Assembly (NCBI RefSeq): GCF_006345805.1
Contig: NC_043008.1
Location: forward strand, 76,198,001-76,262,000
Reading direction: 5' to 3'
Length of the DNA: 64,000 nucleotides
DNA from: Octopus sinensis
Taxonomy: Eukaryota
Shown here: positions 23,133 to 35,677 of the stretch, piece by piece
Layout of the letters: each line of letters opens with the position of its first letter
How positions within the stretch are numbered: position 1 is the stretch's first letter
The notes under the pieces: generated by a model
Databases searched by the model: none
The model's input: only the letters and a program-made list of their open reading frames with translations
What the model was told of the DNA's origin: nothing
Position numbers and translations under genes: made by a program

Positions 23133-24477
23133 TTACCTATAAACTTAAATTCCTTATCTTCTCCTAACTATTCACGTAGAAAAATCATATAATATTTTTT
23201 TACAAATAAGCATGTGGTGATAGTGACTTCGAAATTTCAGCAAAAGTTGTACACTAGAAAACTACAGATTAGCACAACAGATTAATGCAAATCGTTTTTA
23301 TTATAAGTGAACATTCATAATATATACATGCATACATACATACATACATACATACATACATACATACATACATACATACATACATACATACATACATACA
23401 TACATACATACATGTGTGCATCTATGCATGGATGTGTGCATATATGGATATGTGTGTTTCGCATGACTTTTGATTGTAAATTTGCTTGTAGTCTTGATAC
23501 AATATATTTATCTTTATATCTATTTAGATTTTCTTTCATCTGACATTGGTTAAGCCAATTCTTTTCCCTGTTGTAGCTAGAAACTCAACTTTCCCATAAA
23601 CTTTTCACTTCTTGGCATCTTCTGCAGTTGGCATTTGTTCTTTCTCCCCAGCTGTATACTACCAAATCAACGATGCCAACTCTCTTAGAGGCTGTACAGC
23701 TGTTCTTCTTTTAAGCGAATTGAATGGCTTTAAATTTCTACCTACATTAGTATTTGTAATAATTATATGCTCCCAGACGTCATTTATTTGGTGCGTTAAT
23801 GAGTAAACGTTGAAAAATGTTTCATGTTTAAAGTCTAAAATATGCACAGTAATCTATACGTCATTTTTTCACGCTTCACATTTTGATATTTATTTTTGCA
23901 CAATAATCAACGCATTTCTTTTTCACATTTACGGAGTTACTATGAATTTTTTAAACTGGAAATTTGTTCATCCCTAGAATACATTAGTAATATAACCGTC
24001 ACGTTTAAAATTGTAATATTTAAATTCAATAATCACTTTGAGACAATGCAATGTAGAAGAATACGCCATCAGCGTGCTAACATAATTAACAACTGACAAT
24101 GGATTCGTTTGTTATGCATGCGGATTTTCATAGCCGCAGGCAGTGAAGTAGTCATATATCTGGGAGACACTGCCTTTGGGAGCTTCGTTTGTACAGGCTT
24201 GTTACAATTATTTTACCTTCATTTTTACTCTGAACTATAAAACACCCAACACCCCGGCATACAAATTTCTTGGTCAGGATTTATATTTAAAATTCTTTGC
24301 ATTATAGACGAAGAAACATTATCATTTTCAGAAATCTTAACTCATCTGATATTGATATGAAATTACAATTTTCCTGCAGACTTGGAATATTAACGAAATA
24401 GATAACTTAAATCGATTTCTTCCAAGAAATTATCTCCGTTCTTTGTTTCGTTATCTTATCTAGTCTATTTATTTATT

Positions 24478-24632
<155 letters not shown>

Positions 24633-24879
24633 CATTACTTTATCTAGATTATATATTTATTTATTTACTGAATATTTTGTTTAGACCCACGAAAGGAATA
24701 GTTGTTGTGGGTGTTTATCTTCCAAAATAAGAGAGAGTTAATAATATGTTATGCGATTTATCAATGATAAAATAGAAGCTGAATCGACAGAAATGATAAT
24801 CTTAAGCAAATACCTGTACGGTAGAGAGGTGAGTAAGAAAAAGAATAAAGATATCGCATTTCAAAATATGTAGAGACGT

Positions 24880-25085
24880 GGAAGGGCTAACCTTGGGGAA
24901 ACTGCTTGTCAGTATTTGTTCCGGCTCTATAGGTTCTGAGTTCAAATCTCACCCAGGGATACCTTTACTTTCTTCCTTTTTGAATCGATAGAATAAAGCA
25001 CCAGGCAAGTGCTAAGGTCAGTGTAATCGACTAATCCACTCGACACCATAACTCACTCAAAATTGTTGGATTTGTGTCTAAATCA
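24880..25085 (+). mobile_element. Decayed SINE (family C)
   Basis: ttctgagttcaaatctc...ctttactttcttcc...tcgata...gtaatcgact; related to 39170-39408. Confidence 0.7.
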
Positions 25086-25100
25086 CAAGCTATTATTAAT

Positions 25101-25161
25101 TCTTCTTCTTCTCTTCTTCTTCTTCTTCTTCTTCTTCTTCTTCTTCTTCTTCTTCTTCTTC
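25101..25161. repeat. (CTT)n microsatellite
   Basis: Direct inspection. Confidence 0.95.
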
Positions 25162-25527
25162 TACCGTTTCTTGTTCTTTTTGTTGTCATCGACGTTGTCA
25201 TTGCAGTATTTGTTAATTATTCAGAAGAATAAAACTATAGAGGAAACAAGTGAAGGAAGTGCAGTTAAACGTGTCTTTCCGCACTACATGGGTCCTTATA
25301 ATTGTCTTAAAGATTTCAATAAACCAAATTTCATGGTTATTCCAATAATGATATCAAATATCTAGCACATATAGGGAATCGGTATTTTCTACAAGTCACG
25401 CTGCCCCTGTAAACTTAACAAAACAGTAAATAGATTGAGACACAAAGTTCTGCAACAATAAAATGTTATATAAAACTGGTTTGTGCAGTTAAAGATAATG
25501 AAATCTTTAAGAATACAACCAACCCGT

Positions 25528-25672
25528 GCCATGTTTGTTTGGTTAAGAAACTTGCATTGGAACGACATAGTTTCACATGCAGTCCCACTACGCAGTGGCA
25601 CTATGGCAAGTATCTTCTGCAGCAGCCCAGGACCGATCAACACCTTCTGAGTGAATTTGGTAGATAGAACCA
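25528..25672 (+). mobile_element. Decayed SINE (family A)
   Basis: tggttaagaaacttgc...cagtcccact..gtggcac..ggcaagtatcttc...gagtgaatttggtagatagaac; homologous to 1983-2131. Confidence 0.7.
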
Positions 25673-25855
25673 GTGTGTGGAGGCAGAATATATATGTATG
25701 TATCTAGGTGAAACCATAATCATGCATGTATGATAAATGTGAATGTGTGTGTATGTATACACACACATACATACATACATAGACACGCGCACACACACAT
25801 ATATAGTATCGATAATGATAAGGGAGAACGGAGATTTTTCACATCCATAATCTTA

Positions 25856-26200
25856 TTTAACAGTTATTTACAGCATCATTTACTGGACCTCAGCTCATTT
25901 CAACTGTATGGACTGCACACTGTTAGATATGCAACCTGGTGTCATGTTCGGTGCAGTTTCATCAGGGTCCATACTCTCTGACGTTTTGAAATTAAACTGA
26001 AGGAATGTGCAAACTGAATGAATAAAGTCTTTTTAAGAGGTATGAGTGCTACTATTAATAGTTTCACTTCAAAACATCAGAGAGCAAGGGCCCTGATGAA
26101 ACTGCACCGACTATGACACCAGGTTTCATAACCAGCAGTGTGCAGTCGACGCAGTTGAAACGCGCATATGTTCAGTTAAAGATGTTGTTAATAACTATTA
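25856..26200. mobile_element. MITE-like/foldback palindrome (~140-bp arms, ~60-bp spacer)
   Basis: cctggtgtcatgttcggtgcagtttcatcagggtcc (25935) is inversely repeated as gggccctgatgaaactgcaccgactatgacaccagg (to 26123); pairing extends outward to ~25856/26200. Confidence 0.8.
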
Positions 26201-26479
26201 AATTTATCTTATGTAATTTCCGTTCTCATTATTATAACTTACTCTACGAAAATTATGCAGTATTCGGATTTACCCAGCGAGAAAAGTTACCAGAGCCTAG
26301 CAACTATTTTTTATCTCAGGTATCATAAAAAACCGTCGTGGTTAGCCAGTATCTGAAACCCAGTTAAGAGGAAACACGGTAACCGCCAGGATAATATATC
26401 CCTTTAAATTCATTTTGATTTCTGGTCAACACAAACATCTGAAGAAATATATGATATGCCTGAAAAGGTCTAATTCAAA

Positions 26480-27680
26480 CATTCCAGAAACCCCTGGAAA
26501 ACAAAATATTACCGATGGGGAACAAAAGGCATTACAATGTCCACAAGAAGACTCCTCTGTATTTATTAAATAAGCAGACACAGGAGGATCCGTTGTTATA
26601 ATGGACTAGACCCATTAATGACCAAATCTACTGAAAAGCAGATAGCTATGTTGATAGACGAACATCGAGCAGAATTGGTAAAGTTACCAACAAATACTAG
26701 CATGACTTAACAAAAAAGGAGTTGGATTACCTCGCTAATTTTATGGACTTCCTAAAATCCACTAATTCAAACAACAGCTTAAAATGCCTCCATACTCCAT
26801 ATATAAATATTTCCAAAGCAACTGATCTCAAATTGCGTCCGACTTTTGCAGGACAAGCATCCAGCACTCAAGGATTAAGCAAATTGCTTAACATAATTTA
26901 AAAACCTTTATGCAGATTAGTTCCCAGTTTCATCCGAGATGACATGGACTACTTAAGCCATGTCTCAGAATGGTTAGATAAAAAGATAGTACTAGTTGGC
27001 TTTGACAAACATGTCTCTATACACATATTCCCCATATATATGGACCAGAAGCAGTAGAATTCTGGATATAAAACGCCCTCAAATAATTCAGGAGAGATTC
27101 TCAAAAGAATTTATAATTGAAGGTTTAGAGGTTGTACTGAAAAACAACTACTTCTTTGATAATCAATATTATCTACAATAACAAGGCACTACAATGGTGT
27201 GTAAAGTCTTTACAACATATGCCACACCAGAAATGGGGTACCTAGAAAAAAATCTACACCCTATCCAGAATTACTTTTGCCCACCATTTCCAAATCTATT
27301 TCATAGGAGACTGGAAAAGTTTGTTAGATGCCAGCTTCATATTTTGGGACCAAAGTAAGGAGGACCTTACAAAATTACTTAGATTAATAAATAGCATTCA
27401 TGTTTCAATCTGATTCACTATGGAAATTAATGAAAAGGAACTCTTCTTTCTAGATACTCTGATAATGAAAGAAAATTAGACAGTTTGAACTGATCTCTAT
27501 TACAGGAACACAGACACACACCAATATTTAGACTTTCAATTTTGCCACCCTTCCCATACAAAATGGAACATACCATTTAATATAACAAAACATATATGCT
27601 CAATAGTCAAAGATAACGTTAGACGAGACAAATGACTGGTAGAACTTTATATATTCTTTCAGGAACAAGTTAATTCCACA
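26480..27680 (+). pseudogene. Decayed PLE reverse transcriptase
   Basis: NITDGEQKAL..ADTGGSVVIMD; FYGLPKIH; LRP; SLYT; EGLEVVLKNNYF; TMEINEKEL.FLD; TDTHQYLDF..CHP.HTKWNIPFN; many stops/frameshifts. Confidence 0.88.
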
Positions 27681-28032
27681 TACCGCAACAAGTTAATTCC
27701 ACATGCAATAATAAAAAGTTCCTATGCTATCTGCTGCTGCTAGCTACCGTATATTATTCCCAACCTATATATATACTGTATTTATATTCCCCGGCACTCT
27801 CATTTATGAGTAAGCAGCATAATTTTTTTCATATTTATTTATTTATTTAATATTTATTATTGAAAAACATAGCGTACAAACTGGCTCAGAAATATGGATT
27901 AATCACGTGTCATTGCAATCGTTATGCAGTTTCATACTATGCAGCGAAATACAAAAATTCCTTTACATAAATTTACAACCTCTCGATCTGTAATAAGTTT
28001 GATAATTTCTGCCGCATGAGTCCCAAGTATAA

Positions 28033-28068
<36 letters not shown>

Positions 28069-28074
<6 letters not shown>

Positions 28075-28381
28075 GCGCAATGGCCCAGTGGTTAGGGCAG
28101 CAGACTTGCGGTCGTAGGATCACGGTTTCGATTCCCAGACCGTGCGTTGAGAGTGTTTATTGAGCGAAAACAACTAAAGCTCCACGAGGCTCCGGCAGGG
28201 GGCGATGGCGATCCTTGCTGTACGCTTTCGCCACAACTTTCTCTCACTCTTTCTTCTGTTGGCCTCCTCGCTTAGCCAGCGGGGTGGCGTCATATGAAGG
28301 CTAAAACAATGCGAAGCGCATTGTGACCAGCGATGTGTAGCAACATCTGATAGCCTGGTCAGTCACGGTGATCACGGTGAT
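28069..28381 (+). mobile_element. tRNA-derived SINE (same head as 19154, different tail)
   Basis: ggcgcaatggcccagtggttagggcagcagacttgcggtcgtaggatcacggtttcgattcccagacc; ends cacggtgatcacggtga + (TA)n. Confidence 0.9.
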
Positions 28382-28438
28382 ATATATATATATATGTATG
28401 CATGTATATATGTATATATATGTATATATGTGTATATA

Positions 28439-29582
28439 TCTCTTATTATAAAAGGCAGATTTTATCTGCCTCCCTTTGTCAGTGATAGAAATCTACATTA
28501 TAGGATTTCTTCAATTACAATTTACCTAGCATTTTTAAGAGTAGAATGCATCGGGTTTTGCCAGTTCCAGTTTTTAAAATTTAAACTCCAATTAAGCAAA
28601 ATTTACAGAAAACTCACATTCTGGTGTGTATGTCAAATGCTTTTCTTAGTCTGGTTTACAGCACACGCAAACGCACACACAGTGTGCAACGAATAAAGTG
28701 AAACTAGATGTAATATTTGTTTCTGTCTATCACGCTGATAGATACATGAGTAAAATGTATGGCAAGCTAACTGATAAGATGAGGAAGAGAGTAAATAGCG
28801 ACAGAGTGATTTGAGGAAGACTAAACTGAAAGTATGAAACAGTGTTTATGTATAAACAGACGACACTTATATAAACCCTTTCGTTACCAAACCGCCCGAA
28901 TTTACCTATTCATATTTAAATGAGAATATCAGAGTAAATCTCTTTAGTACATTCGTGAAAAAACGTATTATACTTCGTAAACACTTCAAATACAGTTTTG
29001 TACAAAAATCGAAGTGTAATTTTAATTCCGTGAATTATGGGAGATTTTTTTCCGAAATTTGTTCCTATTGTGTTTTCAAAATTTGTAATTCTGACAAAAA
29101 ATGGATACGAATTTCATTATATCAAGCAGCGAGTCAGAATTCGAAGGATTTTCTACTGAAGACCTTCATAAATCTAACTCTATGACTGAAAATAAAAGCA
29201 TCTTTATATAAGAGTGAAGTTGTGTGTCTGTCTCCTACGATTTAGATTCGTAACTACTCCCACATTTTAACCAAAAGCGGGTATCTTATAGTCGTGATTC
29301 ATATCGAGCCCTTCTGGGTATTAGCGCGCGTCTACGATGAGTCTACGATTTTAAAAAAAATTACCATCATATTTTTCCATTTTAATGCATTTTTTTCGCT
29401 TTTATATAAGGGAAGTAACTCTCTAAAAATATCTACGATGTGTCAACGATTTAAAAAAAAAATTACCTTAATTTTTTTCAATTTTTAATGCATTTTTTTG
29501 CTATTTTTTGGCTATAACTCTCTAAAAATGCTTATATAGTTATTTCCCTTACAACCCGAGCAACGCCGGGCGATACTGCTAG
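28439..29582 (+). mobile_element. Non-autonomous Helitron-type element (composite)
   Basis: 5' A|TCTCTTATTATAAAAGG; second A|TCTTTATATAAG start at 29201; 3' hairpin cccgagcaacgccggg followed by ...CTAG|T. Confidence 0.8.
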
Positions 29583-29649
29583 TATATATTTATAATATGT
29601 GTGTATATATATATGTATGTATATATATACATATATATATATATATTCA

Positions 29650-30285
29650 TATTAATACAGTGTACATTTAAACACATAGGAGGCATCCATCATAGGACTC
29701 CTTGCACGCTAAATAGGACAGCTAAATTCCAAACCACTATTAGGGATAACATTTCGAAGGGAATGAAAACTAAATACAGTTACCATCTAACTCCTGGACC
29801 AATGGTTTCATAGATTTTTTTAACAAACAAAATAATTTGCTAGGCGAAGTCTTCTTCAGTAGGTACACCTTAGATTAAATATAGATACACGAGGCAATCC
29901 AGTATATGCCCTGTGATTATACATTCTAATTTTTTAAATCAACCACGCAAGCGCTGCTCCTTGTCGGCAGTAAATAAATATGTCGGCTTTTCAATTCGAA
30001 AATTATCCAAATAAAAAATTATTAATAATTAATAATATCAAGGGGTAATCTGAAATATTAGAAATTTCTATTACCAGTGACCTAACGTGTAAAACTTTAG
30101 TCAATAGACTATATATTATTCATATAAATACAGTGCACATTTAAACACATAAGAGGAATCCATCATAGGAATCCTTGCACGCTAAAGAGGACAGTTAAAT
30201 TCCAAACCACTATTAGGGATAAAACTTCGAAGGGAATGAAAAATATTTTAAAATGTGTTTATCATCTAACGCCTGGGCCAATATA
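29650..30285. repeat. Diverged direct repeat (~155 bp, spacing ~476 bp)
   Basis: atacagtgYacatttaaacacata...catctaacKcctgg at ~29655 and ~30128. Confidence 0.85.
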
Positions 30286-30310
30286 TATATTATATATATA
30301 TATATATATG

Positions 30311-30396
<86 letters not shown>

Positions 30397-30814
30397 TCCC
30401 AAAAACGGAACAGGAACGTAGCGGACGACAATAAAAACATGCGGGTAGGTGGACGATACAAGGACGGAACATTCGTGGATTTCTATTCATCAGCCAATCT
30501 TCCAATTATCACTACACTTGTGGCCTGTGACACTTGAGACTGTGAAAATTGGTAGGCCCCAAAAATTCTAGCTAAGGGCATTAAATTTTTGGAAGAAAGC
30601 GGGCGAATGTGTGCAACGACACGGACAAAATAAAAAGAACGAGAAAACGGGGGAAATGTTACACGATTACAAATACAAAACACGTATAACAACAGGTTCT
30701 TTCTACTAAAAAGACAAGTTAAATATACACATACACACACGTACACACACACACAAACACATGTGCGCGCACGCACGTCAGTCTATGCAAATGTGTAAAT
30801 GATTGTGTTTCCTG

Positions 30815-31010
30815 AGTGCACCACTCACCGCTTGATAACCGGTGTCTTCTTGCTTACGTATCTGCAACGTCGCAAATAAGATCGATAGAACAATCCCCAG
30901 TATCTAATAACAAGTATCGTGGTCGATTTGTACGACTAAATTCTTCGAGACAGAGCCCCAGCAAAGCCGCTAACCAGTGAGCGAAACAAGTAAAAGATAA
31001 AAGATAAAGT
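30815..31010 (+). mobile_element. SINE 3' segment (family B)
   Basis: accgcttgataacc...gatagaa...gtcgattt..cgactaaa...gaaacaagtaaaagataaaagataaag tail. Confidence 0.65.
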
Positions 31011-31139
31011 ATACCCGCTTGAGCACATGAAGATATAAATATTTTGTTATTGGTTCTTATAATAAATCGTTGAGGAACATATGTATGTATGCATGTATGC
31101 ATGTATGTATTGTTCCAGGACTAGTTATAAAAATAACTT

Positions 31140-31750
31140 ATCTAAGTTTTCACATCATCTCTTTCGAAATAATCAACTTGTGCAGCAATACACAGGTCCC
31201 AACGTTCTTTTCACTTTTGGCATTCGGTCTGGAAGTCGTTTTCCGTAAGCGAATCCGGGACCTTCTGCGAGTTGCTCTAAATCTCGACAGCGGTGTTCAA
31301 ACGATGACATTTGAGCTGCAATTTCATCTTGGGGTTGGGATGGAAGTCCGTAGGTGCTAAATCTGGCGAATTTAGCGGGTGCAGGAGACATACCATATTG
31401 TTTTTGGCAAGAAACTCATGAGTGAAGAGTGCTCAGTGACAGGATTCATTGTCGTCGCGAAGAATCTAATTCTTAGCGCCCCACAGATCTAGTCGTTTTC
31501 GCCGAATGTTCTCTTTAAAGCGCTTCGAAACGTTGCATTACTACAATACCACATTTTGGGGATTGACACTCGTGGTATGTCTTCCAAATCTCCTATCGCC
31601 TTTCAGAGACGTTCTTCTGCTTTAGTAACCCCGTGCCACTCAAAACATTGCGTACGAACAATTGCTACATCATGAAAATTCATTTCTTTGCCGAATTTCT
31701 ACAATGCTTACGGCGGTTCGTTTTTATATCTTGATTTTTTATTTTTCATG
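31140..31750 (-). pseudogene. Internally deleted mariner transposase relic
   Basis: N-terminal RTQCFEWH; C-terminal HPLNSPDLAPTDFHPNPKMKLQLK...KERWDLCIAAQVDYFERD. Confidence 0.88.
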
Positions 31751-32043
31751 CAATTTATGCATGCTTGCACGCGTGGTGAACACAGTTCACGTCCAATAGC
31801 TGACTGAGTAAAGTTCACTATTCAATGCGTGGGATAAGGCCTAAACAAACGCATTATCGATTTTTGCACTTGCGAGATGAATTTCGGAACAGAAATAGCG
31901 TAGTTCAATTTTCATTCGGCTAAACTTTAAGTGACCCATTTTAGGTGGTTCTACGATTGGCTAGGAGGCGATGTGCCGGGAAGTTAAACACAAACATACA
32001 CACATATACACACACAGACACACAATTTGAGTTTATATATATA

Positions 32044-32089
<46 letters not shown>

Positions 32090-33599
32090 TATATATACAT
32101 ACAGACATGCATAGGCGTGTGTAAAGAAAAATAATAGCACAAATTAAATTGCTTTACGAAACGTTATGTTTTGCAATGAAACTATAAGCTGTTTTGAATT
32201 TATAAAATCTGTCTCCTATAAGCCTGATGCAATTCTGCAGTTGGAGCATGCAAAACAACATTCGCTAAGTAATACCCTATTTACTATGATACGCATTATT
32301 TATTATGATATAGGCTATTTAGTATAAAGAACACAATGACAAACGTCTTGATATCACCTTACCCTTTCCTTCCGAAATGTATCAAGTCTCTTTGAATTAT
32401 TTTTCGCTTGTTTTATATTTCTATTTAACTCAAGCTTTCATTGTCTTCTACTATCGACTCCATTTCTAATGGATCGTTTCCGATGTGTATGAGTATTTTG
32501 ATTATTTGTATGCAAGTGTTGAGACATACCATTGTATTTGTGTCGATACTTGATACGTGAGTTAATGCAGCCGAGCCTTTTTCACTGGACTTACAGGGAA
32601 GGTTTCTTTCCTTAGATACACTTTCACATTTATTTTGTTTCATATAACTCAGCGACATTTGTTCTTTTGTATATTTCGTTCTCTTTGTTTGCTCAATAAT
32701 AGTTACTGTTGCTTGTCACTAGGAGTTTTACTTGAACAATAGTCAAGTGGAATTTTGTAAAGAAAAGCTTTACTTCCTTTTGAGCGATTAAATATTTCAG
32801 GATTATACGTGTTTAACCCATTAAACTATCGCTTACTTCTTTCAACATAAAAGAATACGTATAACGTGGTTGAGATAGGGTGAAATTATTTTAATATGAA
32901 GGATACGGTTTGTGAGAGACTTATTCTCTATACATCATTATGTTCACTACAAACTTTGGATATGCTAATACATTATTTTGCATGTATAATTTCATTAGAA
33001 ATATACCGCTCTCGTTAATTCATTAGAACATAACTTAACAGATCTCTTCTTTACACAAAAGCATTCGAAGTTTAATTTGGAAGGTAAACTAGAAATCTAC
33101 ATTGGAGCTGATAATATTCACACTTCCCGAGAAGTCTTTGCCGATTTATAAAACTTAATAGCTTTTATAACAGCGTAGCAGTTATTTCAAAATTTCAAAA
33201 CAAATTATGTTGTTGAAAGAGCAATGCAGGCTGACCTCAATATATATGTATGCGTGTGTTTGTGCGTGTATGTATGTATACATGTATGTATGAATCTATG
33301 TATGTATGTATGTGAGTGTGTGTGTGCGCGCGTCTGTGTATGTGCATGGATTCGCTTGTGAAAGACAAATGAAAGTTCTGTAAAATTGATTATGTTCTAT
33401 GGACATGAACGTGTCACTTGAAGCCTGCTGGTGCCTTGCAAAACTTTTGGTACATTGAACAAGTTAAGGATTCAGTTTGCTTGAATACTTGTGGATTGTA
33501 TACTATATGTTTTCTTGAATGGATGGCTAGGCCTGCTCTGCTTAGAGCCACAAAGCCACAGTGATAGAAAAGGCATCCATTTAGAGGAGTAGTATTTTG

Positions 33600-35560
33600 C
33601 TAGCGTGCCTCCATGCTTCCACAAAGTTGCTCCCGGTGTTGGAGTCGATTTTGCTCAAATTTTCGAACTGAGGAGAAGCGGACTGGTGCCAAGTCCTGCG
33701 TTCTGATGTTTTGTTTTACAGGAAGAAAACTGAAAGTTACATCGTTTCAGATTGTCTTATAATTTGTATTTGTAGCGCAAGAGTGGTTTTCCAGCTGCCC
33801 TTCCTGTCGGGAATTGGCCAAAGAGAAGTTGCTTCGGAATACTGATATCACTCATACGTGAAAGATGACTTGACCATCTTAGCTGTATTTTGATGAGGAT
33901 GGCTTCAATACCAATGTTACATTTTGTAAGTAACTCACTCTTATGTATATGGTAACTCGGTTTTACGTTGGAGATAGTAAGCAATCATCGCATATGAAAA
34001 GCATCAAGCTAATTGATGTGCTTTTGGTACAAAGTCCAAGATTCAGCAATATAAAGTAATGTTGTCAAAACCACCATCTTACGTTAAATTTCACCTTCAT
34101 CGAGACGGCGTGGCTGTTCCATAGCTTGTGATAAAGCTTAACGAAAGCGGAACTAGTCTTCCCGATTCTGGACTCGATTTCTTTATCCATCTTCGCATCA
34201 TTAGACACAATAGAAACAAGTGAGGGAGGAAACAGTTTTTAATGCTTTCCCATAAACATATACAATAGGGTCAACAGCGGGAAGATGGTTATTATTGGGC
34301 TGATGGACAAGCTCACTTTTCTTGACGCAGAAGGTCAGACCAAAAGCCTTCGATGCACGCGAGAGGTTGATTTGAATCCATTGCATGTTCTTAGGAGTGT
34401 ATGCTACAAATCGTCTGCAAAGAACAAATCTCGAACTGTTTGCACGAAAGTTTTAGTTTTTGCTTTGAAGCGCTGCTGGCTGAACAAGCCGCCACCAGTT
34501 CTGTACTCAAACGCTATTCCTTATTTAAGACTCTCAAACGCTGTTTCCAAAATAACAGAGAAACAGAAAGCAAATAAGAATAGTGCGAGAACACAGCTTT
34601 GTTTTGTCCCGTTTGAGACTGTGAATGAATTGGTCACTTCCCTGCTATATCTGTCAGAAGCCATAATCCTTTGATGGTAAGAAATTATGAAAGTGAACAT
34701 CATTTCTGGAATACATAGCTTTCTAAGGACAGCCCAAAGAGCATCCCTAGATATGGTGTTGAAAGTTTTAGATCTATAAATATAACAAAAAGGTTTCGGG
34801 TGTGCTCACAAGCCTTTGTCTCCAGCTAAAAATCACATCCACTGTGCCTCTACCAGCCCGAAAACCATACTGAAATTCAGGCAACCCTAATCTGTGGGAA
34901 GGCATCATTTAGTCTATTTAAGATAACCCTTCCAAGGATCTGTCCAACAACACACAAAAAGGAGATACTTTTATGGCTGTCACATTCACATTTGTTACCT
35001 ATGTGCTTATAAAGATGGACTGTAGAAGCGTTTTTGCATTCCTGTGGGAGTGAACCTGATTCCCAGATTAAGGAGAAGAGTTAACATAACTTGTTCAACA
35101 GGAGACTGCTACGACATTTATATATCTCGGCTGGTATGCCATCCTTACCTGACGACATTCCATTCGTGAGCTGTTTTATGGCCTTTAGTATTTCCGCATT
35201 TGATGGAGCGACGGACAGTTCTTCAAGGATAGGCTTTTGTGGTAGGTTGATGGTCAGTTCTTCATCAACAATTGAGTCCATATTGAGAACATTTGAAAAA
35301 TGCTGTGCCCAGTGTTTCGTGATCTGCTTTTTATCTGTCAGAAGATTGCTCTCAGTTGAAAGTATGGGAGTTGAGCCACCAGACACATGTCCAAAAACAC
35401 CGTTTAAATTCTGGTAGAATTACCTGGAGTCACATCTGTCCGCAACATCTTGCAAATCTGGTGACTTCCTTTGTCACTATATCCGTTTAATTTGCCTCAT
35501 TTGAATTTGGTATGTATTTCTGGCGTTTTAAAACTCATTGTGCTTTGTTGAATTATTGCA
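33600..35560 (-). pseudogene. RTE-clade LINE ORF2 fragment
   Basis: KHWAQHFSNVLN..GKDGIPAEIYK; TVSNGTKQSCVLA.FLF; FADD; SKAFGLT; QLRWSSHLSRMSD..IPKQLLFG. Confidence 0.88.
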
Positions 35561-35643
35561 ATCAAATCTAGTCAAGTAATCTTTTTCCTTTTCCGTTAAA
35601 CCTTGTTGGAACTGGTGGATAAGGGTAGAAAGCCTTGTCATTG

Positions 35644-35677
<34 letters not shown>

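Noticed and set aside
28075-28150. tRNA gene
   Set aside because: It is a tRNA-like SINE head continuing into a SINE body; no proper cloverleaf or terminator.
32425-32658. 77-aa non-repetitive ORF as a host exon
   Set aside because: No domain recognised and no clear splice context.
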